Positions 22,623-30,226 of a DNA stretch of 64,000 nt are shown here, in pieces. The first letter of the stretch is position 1; each line of letters begins with the position of its first letter. The DNA is from Acidimicrobiales bacterium. GTDB lineage: Bacteria; Actinomycetota; Acidimicrobiia; Acidimicrobiales; SZUA-35. The notes under the pieces are model-generated. The model saw nothing but the letters and a program-made list of their open reading frames with translations. It was not told where the DNA came from and ran no database searches. Position numbers and translations under genes: made by a program. The stretch is taken from contig JAHDFH010000004.1 in the NCBI GenBank assembly GCA_020628305.1, positions 1,727-65,726 on the forward strand, in the 5' to 3' direction.

Positions 22623-25505
22623 ATGGGTAGCTTTATTAAAACAATTCCGGGCGTTCTATCTAGACCTTCGAGGGTGGCGGATCGCTCGCGTAACCCGTTG
22701 TGGCGCATGCGCAGGGCAATTTTTGGTGTCTTTGTAATGGGAGTCCTAACTGTCTTTGGTCTCTTCGCTTTTTACATCATGAAGCCGTTGCCGGATATTT
22801 CGTCGGAACAGGCTTTAGCATCCCATATCTGTTTGGAGACAGAATCTCAGTGTGATTCGACGCTTGCTATTGCTTCTGCTTCGCAAGCCGAGAGCGATAG
22901 AGAGTTAATCAATTCCATTAGCGAAGTGCCTGATGTAGTTATTCATGCACTCGTAGCTACAGAAGACAAGAACTTCTATGAGCATCGTGGCGTCAACATG
23001 CTTGGCATTGTTCGAGGCGTCATGCAGACAGCAAAGTCTAAAGTGACCGGATCTGGTTCTGCCCAGGGTGGCTCGTCTATCACTCAGCAGCTCGTTAAAA
23101 ACCAATATTTCGACTCTGCATCATCGTTCAATGCTGATCAACTGGGAGCGATTGCTCGAAAGCCAGAAGAGGTAGCTCGCTCGATTCAACTCGAACGACA
23201 GCTGGCATCTGAGGACATCGAATGTCGTTCTGGAACAGCTACTGATCGTTGTGTCAAAAACGAGATTCTGAGACGCTACTTCAATACCGTCTACTACGGA
23301 CGTGGCGTTAACGGGTTGAAGTCTGCGGCTCGGGTTTATTTCGACAAAGAGATCGGCCAGCTCAACTTGGAGGAAGCGGCCTACTTAGCCGGCGTGCTGC
23401 GCAATCCAACCAGAGCAGAGCCAGTGAACAACCCTGATGAAGCCCAGCGCCGAATTATTGTCTCTCTCGACCTCATGATCCGGGAAGGCTACATCACAGA
23501 AGCCGACAAGGCTCAATCCGTAGCTCGCATGGAGGCAAACTTTGTTGCCAACCCAGAACTTGGAGTGGCGTTGCCAAACTTTGCGGCGAAGGTCTCCAAA
23601 GAAGGTCTGGGGCAGGTGGAGTATGCCAGCGTTGGATCTGAGTATTTTGTGGACGAAGTGTGGCAGCAAGTCGATGAGGTGTACCCAGGGCTTAGAACCA
23701 CAGGTGGATTGAAGGTATACACCACAATGGACCCTGCGTTGCAAACAGCAGCCTATGACTCCTTAGTCTCGACTATCTCGCCGTCTAATCCAGATCTTCC
23801 GAACACAGCTTTGGTCAGCATCGATTCCCAGGGCATGGTCAGGGCCCTTGTGGGTGGATACGACTATGCCAATAAGCCCTTCAACTTCGCAACAGCTAGA
23901 GGATCTGCGGGGCGTCAGCCTGGATCTTTGATGAAATCAATTGGTTTGGCTTCTGCGATTGACTCGGGTTTGTCTGCAAGGTCGCTTTATACAGCTCCAA
24001 GGGAGATCGTTATCCCATCTGGATACAAGGGCATTGCCTTGGGTGAAGACTGGACGGTAAAAGGCGGCAAGTTTGACGACCTAACCTACCCGAACTACAT
24101 CACTCTCGAAGAAGCAACTTGGAGTTCAACTAACTCTGTTTATGCTCAGTTAGCCTTTGATATAGGTCCAGATCGTCTTGTGGAAACAGCTCAGAATCTG
24201 GGAGTAACGAGCGACTTTGGAACTCCTCAGGCCTCTTACATGCTTGGTTCCAACTCGGTTTCTGTTGTGGATATGGCTTCTTCATACTCAACGTTCGAGC
24301 GTGCTGGCGTTCAGGTTGACCCAAGATTCATCCAGCGAATTGAAGATCGCAATGGCAACGTTATCTGCTGGTATCCAGCTAATGGAACCTGTGCCGGCGA
24401 GGGACCTGTTGCCCCAGATATTGAGGGTGAGCGTGCTATTCAACCAGAGACAGCGCGGCAGGTAAACCAGATTCTTACAGGTGTTGTGAATGCCGGAACT
24501 GGGCGTAGGGCAGCTATCCCTGGTCGAGCTGTTGCAGGTAAGACCGGCACCTCTCAGTCAAACCGTGACGCTTGGTTCACTGGGTATACATGTGATTTGA
24601 CTACCTCTGTTTGGGTTGGCTATGACGACAACCGTGCTATGGAGAACATGGGTGGAGTTTTCCCGGGCATTGTGGGGGCTTCAGGAACTGTAACTGGGGG
24701 ATCTGTACCAGCTCACATGTGGGGCAACTATATGGCGGCCGCTACTGCGAATGCACCTGCATGTAACTCCCTCGACATATCCTCCAACTTCAGTGGGACG
24801 ATAGTAAATGATGAATTCAATACCGGCCTCGAAGCGTGCTCAACCTTTGGTGGGGTCGTTGTGCAGCCTATAGTCGACCCAGCTTCACCTACTATCACAA
24901 CAGTAGTAGATGATGATGACGATCGTGATGAAGAAGATACAACAACCACAACACGTCGTGGAAACAATGGTGACGACGAAGAGACCACTACCACAACGAC
25001 AAAGCTCATTGAAGAACCAGTGGTTACCCTTCCAATCGAGCCCGAACCAGAAAGGCCGCAAGCTAATCCGGAGGGCAACGGTGTGCTGCTTGGAATGGTG
25101 AATCCTTTCGCTCTGTTCCAGAACCCCAACCGGGAAGTGCTCGAAGGTCAAGTTAGACAGAATGAGTTGCAGCTGAATGAAACTGAATGCATGGTGCCAG
25201 GAGACAACGTTGCAAAGAGTTGGGTTCTGTTTGGCGACCCAGGTGCACTAGCCAACCCATTAGGTCCAGTTATTGAGCAGCCAACTCCAACAACCAATCC
25301 AGGCGAGGTCACAATTCCAACAGTGCCACGCCCAATTGACCCTGAGGACACCACTACAACCACCGTTGATGATGATGATGAAGAAGAAGAAACAACGACG
25401 ACAGAAGAAGTAGACCCAGAAGAACCAGAAGAGCCTGAAGATCCTGAATTGACCACAACTACAGCACGGCGGCAGCCAGTTCCTATACCCAAGAACGCTC
25501 AGTAG
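22623..25505 (+). CDS. Class A penicillin-binding protein (glycosyltransferase GT51 plus transpeptidase) with a long acidic/poly-Thr C-terminal tail
   Basis: N-terminal TM; GT51 EDKNFYEHRGV and GGSSITQQLVKN; transpeptidase S-L-M-K, SSTN, KTGTS. About 230 aa of low-complexity D/E/T tail. Confidence 0.92.
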   Translation: MGSFIKTIPGVLSRPSRVADRSRNPLWRMRRAIFGVFVMGVLTVFGLFAFYIMKPLPDISSEQALASHICLETESQCDSTLAIASASQAESDRELINSISEVPDVVIHALVATEDKNFYEHRGVNMLGIVRGVMQTAKSKVTGSGSAQGGSSITQQLVKNQYFDSASSFNADQLGAIARKPEEVARSIQLERQLASEDIECRSGTATDRCVKNEILRRYFNTVYYGRGVNGLKSAARVYFDKEIGQLNLEEAAYLAGVLRNPTRAEPVNNPDEAQRRIIVSLDLMIREGYITEADKAQSVARMEANFVANPELGVALPNFAAKVSKEGLGQVEYASVGSEYFVDEVWQQVDEVYPGLRTTGGLKVYTTMDPALQTAAYDSLVSTISPSNPDLPNTALVSIDSQGMVRALVGGYDYANKPFNFATARGSAGRQPGSLMKSIGLASAIDSGLSARSLYTAPREIVIPSGYKGIALGEDWTVKGGKFDDLTYPNYITLEEATWSSTNSVYAQLAFDIGPDRLVETAQNLGVTSDFGTPQASYMLGSNSVSVVDMASSYSTFERAGVQVDPRFIQRIEDRNGNVICWYPANGTCAGEGPVAPDIEGERAIQPETARQVNQILTGVVNAGTGRRAAIPGRAVAGKTGTSQSNRDAWFTGYTCDLTTSVWVGYDDNRAMENMGGVFPGIVGASGTVTGGSVPAHMWGNYMAAATANAPACNSLDISSNFSGTIVNDEFNTGLEACSTFGGVVVQPIVDPASPTITTVVDDDDDRDEEDTTTTTRRGNNGDDEETTTTTTKLIEEPVVTLPIEPEPERPQANPEGNGVLLGMVNPFALFQNPNREVLEGQVRQNELQLNETECMVPGDNVAKSWVLFGDPGALANPLGPVIEQPTPTTNPGEVTIPTVPRPIDPEDTTTTTVDDDDEEEETTTTEEVDPEEPEEPEDPELTTTTARRQPVPIPKNAQ

Positions 25506-25631
25506 TAGCTTCTAAATCACCTGGGTAGTTCAACTCCACATATCCCGCTAGACTGCTAAGCGGTGCAATTGCGCCACCCTGCTTTTCGAAGTACGAAAAG
25601 CCCCATCCGTGGGTCCATAGGGAGGAAATAT

Positions 25632-25955
25632 ATGAGAGCTTATGAGCTCATGGTCATTTTTAACTCTGACGTTGAAGAGTCAGAAGTTCAAACCCACATC
25701 AACAAAATGGGCAAGTTAGCTGAAGAAGTTGACGGCACCTTAGAAAAAATCGATAAATGGGGCGTTCGCCGCTTCGCTTACGAGATGAAGAAGGCTCGTG
25801 AGGGCTTCTATGTCGTTCTAGAGTTCGTTTCCCCAGTGGCTTTGTCAGAAATTGACAGAACCTTGCGCTTAGATGATTCTGTAATCAGACATAAGTTTCT
25901 GAGACTGCCAGTAGACGAGGCTCATCGCCGTGGTCTTGCTGGCGCAACCAACTAA
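25632..25955 (+). CDS. rpsF: 30S ribosomal protein S6
   Basis: MRAYELMVIF..; GGAGG at 25621-25625 precedes ATG 25632, preferred to ORF-track start 25563; rpsF-ssb-rpsR-rplI synteny. Confidence 0.93.
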   Translation: MRAYELMVIFNSDVEESEVQTHINKMGKLAEEVDGTLEKIDKWGVRRFAYEMKKAREGFYVVLEFVSPVALSEIDRTLRLDDSVIRHKFLRLPVDEAHRRGLAGATN

Positions 25956-25966
25956 GGAGAATCACA

Positions 25967-26407
25967 ATGGCAATGGACAACAACGTAACCGTAACAGGAA
26001 ACGCAACTAGAGAACCAGAACTACGCTTCACCCCATCGGGTCAAGCTGTAGCAAACTTTGGAATCGCTGTTAACCGTCGTTGGCAGAACCGTCAGACTCA
26101 AGAGTGGGAAGAAGCAGTTTCTTTCTTTGATGTGACTGCCTGGTCACAGCTCGCAGAGAATGCTGCTGAATCTGTCACAAAGGGTACCCGCGTCACTGTA
26201 ACTGGCCGACTAGATCAGCGCAGCTGGGAAAACCAAGAAGGCGAAAAGCGCTCAAAGATCGAAATCGTCGCAGACGACGTAGCTGTAAGCCTTCGTTGGG
26301 CCACAGCAGATATCAACCGTAACGAAAGAGCAGCCGGAGCTCCAGCGCAAGCTGGCGCCGCTCAAAGCGACCAAGCAACCTATAACCCAAATGAGGAACC
26401 GTTCTAA
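25967..26407 (+). CDS. ssb: Single-stranded DNA-binding protein
   Basis: OB-fold N-terminus ([34 protein letters not shown]), disordered tail ending in the acidic tip NEEPF. Confidence 0.95.
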   Translation: MAMDNNVTVTGNATREPELRFTPSGQAVANFGIAVNRRWQNRQTQEWEEAVSFFDVTAWSQLAENAAESVTKGTRVTVTGRLDQRSWENQEGEKRSKIEIVADDVAVSLRWATADINRNERAAGAPAQAGAAQSDQATYNPNEEPF

Positions 26408-26847
26408 TGAAGAAAGCACCAAGAAAAAGCAGTAACGATTCACGAAAGTTCAAAAAGCGGGTGAGTCCGCTCACATTCGAGGAGTCAGCATTCATCGATT
26501 ATAAAGATGTCGACTTGCTGAGCAAGTTCATTTCTGATCGAGCAAAGATCCGTACCCGAAGGGTAACCGGTAACACTATTCAGCAGCAGAAGGAAATCGC
26601 TCGGGCTATAAAGAACGCACGGGAGATGGGTCTTATTGCATACACATCACGAGTAACAACTCAGCGTCGCGGTAAGCGAGATGATCGCAGGGATGATCGT
26701 CGTAACGATAAGCCAGAGCGCAATGAGGAAGCCATAAAAGCGGTAGAAGAGAATCCGGCAGCGCCCGAGGTTGCAGAGGCAGTAACAGAAGCGGTTGAAG
26801 CAGAAGTAGTAGAAACTGTTGAAGCTCCAGAAGTAGCAGGGGAGTAA
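26407..26847 (+). CDS. rpsR: 30S ribosomal protein S18 with an unusually long C-terminal extension
   Basis: Core [50 protein letters not shown]; TAATG overlap with ssb; about 60 extra basic-then-acidic residues. Confidence 0.9.
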   Translation: MKKAPRKSSNDSRKFKKRVSPLTFEESAFIDYKDVDLLSKFISDRAKIRTRRVTGNTIQQQKEIARAIKNAREMGLIAYTSRVTTQRRGKRDDRRDDRRNDKPERNEEAIKAVEENPAAPEVAEAVTEAVEAEVVETVEAPEVAGE

Positions 26848-26849
26848 TC

Positions 26850-27296
26850 ATGAAGGTTGTTCTATTTGATTCAGTTGAAGGCCTGGGAAACTCGGGTGAC
26901 ATTGTCAACGTGGCTGATGGGTACGCTCGTAATGCGCTGATCCCACGTAAATTGGCAGCGAAAGCAACGCCAGGAGTTGTTAAGCAGGCAGAACGTTTGC
27001 GTACAGCTTGGGCTGAGAAGAACGCTGAAGAGAAAGCCGCAGCAGAACAAATTGCAAGCCAATGGGCTAACGCAAGCGTTGATGTCATCGCTCGTGTAGG
27101 TAAAGAAGGCAAGCTATTTGGCTCCGTCGGACAAAAAGATATTGCTGACGCTTTGATGCTCGCAACAGGCGTTGAGTTTGACCGAAAGATGATCAAACTC
27201 AAAGAGTCGATTCGCACGGCCGGCCCACACTCTGTGATGGTTCAACCTCACGCTGATGTCGACTTCTCTGTAACCGTGGATATCAAAGAGGCTTAA
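26850..27296 (+). CDS. rplI: 50S ribosomal protein L9
   Basis: MKVVL...V.GLG..GDIV.V.DGYARN.LIP.KLA N-terminus typical of L9. Confidence 0.93.
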   Translation: MKVVLFDSVEGLGNSGDIVNVADGYARNALIPRKLAAKATPGVVKQAERLRTAWAEKNAEEKAAAEQIASQWANASVDVIARVGKEGKLFGSVGQKDIADALMLATGVEFDRKMIKLKESIRTAGPHSVMVQPHADVDFSVTVDIKEA

Positions 27297-27304
27297 GGCC
27301 GTCT

Positions 27305-27337
27305 TTGTCCACAGCTTAACTGGACTAGTTATCCACA
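27305..27337. promoter_or_regulatory. Two DnaA-box consensus sequences upstream of dnaB
   Basis: TTGTCCACA at 27305-27313 and a perfect TTATCCACA at 27329-27337, 25-57 bp upstream of the dnaB ATG. Confidence 0.5.
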
Positions 27338-27361
27338 GTTACTCTGAGGCATAATCTTGTA

Positions 27362-28732
27362 ATGGATAAAACTATCAATCGTGTACCGCCACACAACTTA
27401 GCGGCTGAGGAGTCAGTTCTTGGCGCTATGTTGCTGTCGCGGGAAGCGATTGCGGAAGTCGTCGAGCAAGTTGATGCCGACCATTTTTACAAACCAGCAC
27501 ATGCCCACATTTGTGAAGCAATTCTGAGCTTGTACGCAGCGGGTGAGCCGGTTGACGCTGTTACGGTTGCAGATGAATTGGTCCGAGCGGGCGTGTCAGC
27601 TGACGTTGGCGGCCCATCGTTGCTTCTGGATTTACAGGCAGCGACGCCTGCGATTGGCAATGCTGTGCACTACGCCAAGATTGTGGAGGAGCTGGCTCTA
27701 CTTCGGCGGCTTATTTACGTTTCAGGCGAAATCGCCGAAGACGCCTACAGTACGCCTGATGATGTGGTTAAGACTTTGGATGATGCTGAGAGCCGCATCT
27801 TCGAAGTAGCTCAACGACGCGTGACGAATACAACCGCTCCGATAAAGGACCTGATAACAGCAACACTTGATCGTCTTGAGGCCCTTTACGATAAAGGTGA
27901 CGCTATTACAGGTATCCAAACAGGATACCTAGACTTAGATGAGCGTATGGCAGGGCTGCAACCCAACGCTCTCTATGTGGTTGGTGCACGGCCTGCCATG
28001 GGTAAGACAGCCTTTGCTTTAGGCATGGCAGTAAACGCAGCGATGAAAGACGATCGTCCGGTTCTAATTTTCTCGCTCGAAATGTCGCAGCTTGAGATTT
28101 CTCAAAGAATCCTGTGTTCAGAAGCGCTAGTAGATATGTCCAAGCTTAAGACCGGACGGATCGAGGAATCTGATTGGAACCGCATCTCGCATGCTGTTGG
28201 CCGTCTAGCTGAGGCGCCAATATATATTGACGACAATCCCCATACATCAGTTATGGAGATTCGCGCTAAGTCTCGTAGGTTGAAGAGCCGCATAGGTGAC
28301 CTCGGGATGATTGTTGTGGACTACATTCAGCTGATGACTGGTCGAGGTAACGCAGAGAGCCGTCAGGTGGAAGTATCTGAAATGTCTCGAAACCTCAAGA
28401 TTCTTGCCCGTGAATTAGAGGTTCCGGTGGTGGCACTTGCCCAGCTAAACCGTGGCTTGGAGCAAAGAGTTGACAAACGCCCAATGCTTAGTGACTTGCG
28501 TGAATCGGGTGGTCTAGAGCAGGACGCAGACGCTGTAATGTTCCTGTATCGAGATGAGGTATATAACGAACAGTCAGCCGACAAAGGTATAGCTGAGGTA
28601 ATCATTGCTAAGCATCGTTCCGGTCCCACCGGGACTTGCCGTTTGGCTTTCCGAGGGCAGTACACAAGGTTTGACTCTATGGCTCGTGCAGTTGAATCAG
28701 AAGCAACTTCTGAACCCACTGAGGGATTTTAG
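27362..28732 (+). CDS. dnaB: Replicative DNA helicase DnaB (no intein)
   Basis: PPHNLAAEESVLGAML N-terminus, Walker A GARPAMGKTAFAL, Walker B MIVVDYIQLM, SDLRESG..EQDAD. Confidence 0.96.
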   Translation: MDKTINRVPPHNLAAEESVLGAMLLSREAIAEVVEQVDADHFYKPAHAHICEAILSLYAAGEPVDAVTVADELVRAGVSADVGGPSLLLDLQAATPAIGNAVHYAKIVEELALLRRLIYVSGEIAEDAYSTPDDVVKTLDDAESRIFEVAQRRVTNTTAPIKDLITATLDRLEALYDKGDAITGIQTGYLDLDERMAGLQPNALYVVGARPAMGKTAFALGMAVNAAMKDDRPVLIFSLEMSQLEISQRILCSEALVDMSKLKTGRIEESDWNRISHAVGRLAEAPIYIDDNPHTSVMEIRAKSRRLKSRIGDLGMIVVDYIQLMTGRGNAESRQVEVSEMSRNLKILARELEVPVVALAQLNRGLEQRVDKRPMLSDLRESGGLEQDADAVMFLYRDEVYNEQSADKGIAEVIIAKHRSGPTGTCRLAFRGQYTRFDSMARAVESEATSEPTEGF

Positions 28733-28865
28733 TTGGATAGTCCTAAGCCAAAGCCTGGGCAACTGCCGGATTTCGGATGGCAAGCTTGGCTTAGTGAGCT
28801 GCGGGGACATGAATGGATCGGCGAGTGTCCTGCTGATGTGGGACCTGAAGAGCGGGACTGGGATG

Positions 28866-29099
28866 TTATTGAATAGACGCTAAAGCCCAGACTGACATCA
28901 CGATACCAATCGCGACAAATAGAGCGCCTCGAAGTTGAAGCGATCTTTCTGGTGAAACCGTCCAAGACCCAAATTTCGTGGCTTCCTGATCTTGCGAACC
29001 CTCGGGAGGACCTTTAAGAAACCCAGCGATGGTTCCCAGGCTGATAGCTGCGCCGAAAGCCAGGATGAGCAGCGGGAAAAAGTTTTCTCCTAGGATCAT
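28866..29099 (-). CDS. Small two-TM membrane protein, unknown function
   Basis: 77 aa with hydrophobic helices at both ends (FFPLLILAFGAAISLGTIAGFL; ALFVAIGIVMSVWALASI). Confidence 0.45.
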   Translation of the reverse strand: MILGENFFPLLILAFGAAISLGTIAGFLKGPPEGSQDQEATKFGSWTVSPERSLQLRGALFVAIGIVMSVWALASIQ

Positions 29100-29265
29100 C
29101 TTGCCATTGTATTACGTTGCTGCCTAGTGGTGATGGCCTGAGTGTGTAAATTCGGTTAAGAACTTAACAACGGTCATTTACATTTAGATGCAGTCGGTCT
29201 AAGATGCAACGCGTGAGGGGCGCAGCTCTGCGTTGCCGGAGCTGACTTAACCAAAAGGGGTTGTT

Positions 29266-29916
29266 ATGCGAGCGTCTAAAATCGGAAAGGTAATAGCTGC
29301 GTCAACGGTGTTACTGACACCATTCGTGGTCGTACCAGCAGCTATCGCTGAAGTTGTTGACATTGGTGGGCCAGAAAGAGGCTGGGTCGCTAGAGAACCG
29401 GGAACTGTAGAATCATTGGGATCGATAGATGTCGCTGCGGAAGACCAAGGGAAGGTTTGTGAAATCAGTGTCTTTGCATCGAACGGTATTTCAATCCATC
29501 CAGGTAACGCTCTGCTTATCACCTCGGGTAGCGAGTCTGGCCGTGTCGAGGGAATTGAAGCAGTCTCTAACTTCACCGGTGAAGATGCTGCAACTCTGAC
29601 CGTTTCAGACACGATTGACTTCTCGCTTGAATTTGGTGAAGATGGAGTCTCCAGCCTTGATCTAAGCGTTGAGCTCGACTGTACAATCGACCAGCCTGAA
29701 CCAGAAGTAACTACAACAACCACTGACGTTCTTACACCCGTTGAGCCGGAAACAACAAGTACCACGGTTGAAGTGCTTTCTGAAGTTGACGAAGTCACCC
29801 CTGTAACGCAGGCTCAGTTGGCTGAAACCACCACTACAACCACAGGGTCAGCTTCTGCTGACGGCGAGGCTGCCCCAGCTACAGCAGTTGAAGGTGCACC
29901 TGTCTACACTGGTTAA
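29266..29916 (+). CDS. Secreted protein with poly-Thr linkers, unknown function
   Basis: Signal peptide MRASKIGKVIAASTVLLTPFVVVPAAIAEV; TTTTT/TTTTTT runs in the C-terminal half. Confidence 0.6.
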   Translation: MRASKIGKVIAASTVLLTPFVVVPAAIAEVVDIGGPERGWVAREPGTVESLGSIDVAAEDQGKVCEISVFASNGISIHPGNALLITSGSESGRVEGIEAVSNFTGEDAATLTVSDTIDFSLEFGEDGVSSLDLSVELDCTIDQPEPEVTTTTTDVLTPVEPETTSTTVEVLSEVDEVTPVTQAQLAETTTTTTGSASADGEAAPATAVEGAPVYTG

Positions 29917-29945
29917 CAGAATCTAAATATGCATTTTCTTGAAAA

Positions 29946-29969
29946 GGCTCGTCGTGTGGCGAGTCTTTT
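29946..29969 (+). terminator. Candidate intrinsic terminator
   Basis: aaaa-GGCTCG-tcgtgtgg-CGAGTC-tttt: 6-bp stem (one G.U), 8-nt loop, T-tract, 30 bp after the stop at 29916. Confidence 0.5.
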
Positions 29970-30226
29970 CGCGTACCCGTTTTGTCAGAGAGAAGCAAAC
30001 GGAAAATTGTTTACTTTGACTCAGCGTTAACTGTCGGACCCTCATGCTAAGATCTGAATCCACGGATCAGATTAGTCAAAATTAAACACTTGACTTAATC
30101 GAATTACAACGATGTAATTATAGATCCTAAGTATGCCGACTTCACCTTTACTAGTCAGCGGGAGACATTCAAGGTCAACGGCAGCTTCCCATATTCATCC
30201 ACTAGCAGCCTTAGGGGCCTGATTTA

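Noticed and set aside
24728-25492. Minus-strand ORFs encoding poly-Ser/poly-Val peptides.
   Set aside because: They are mirror images of the acidic/poly-Thr low-complexity tail of the PBP gene.
25563-25631. The longer N-terminal extension of rpsF offered by the ORF track.
   Set aside because: The ATG at 25632 is preceded by GGAGG and yields the canonical MRAYE S6 N-terminus. The upstream 23 codons are not S6-like.
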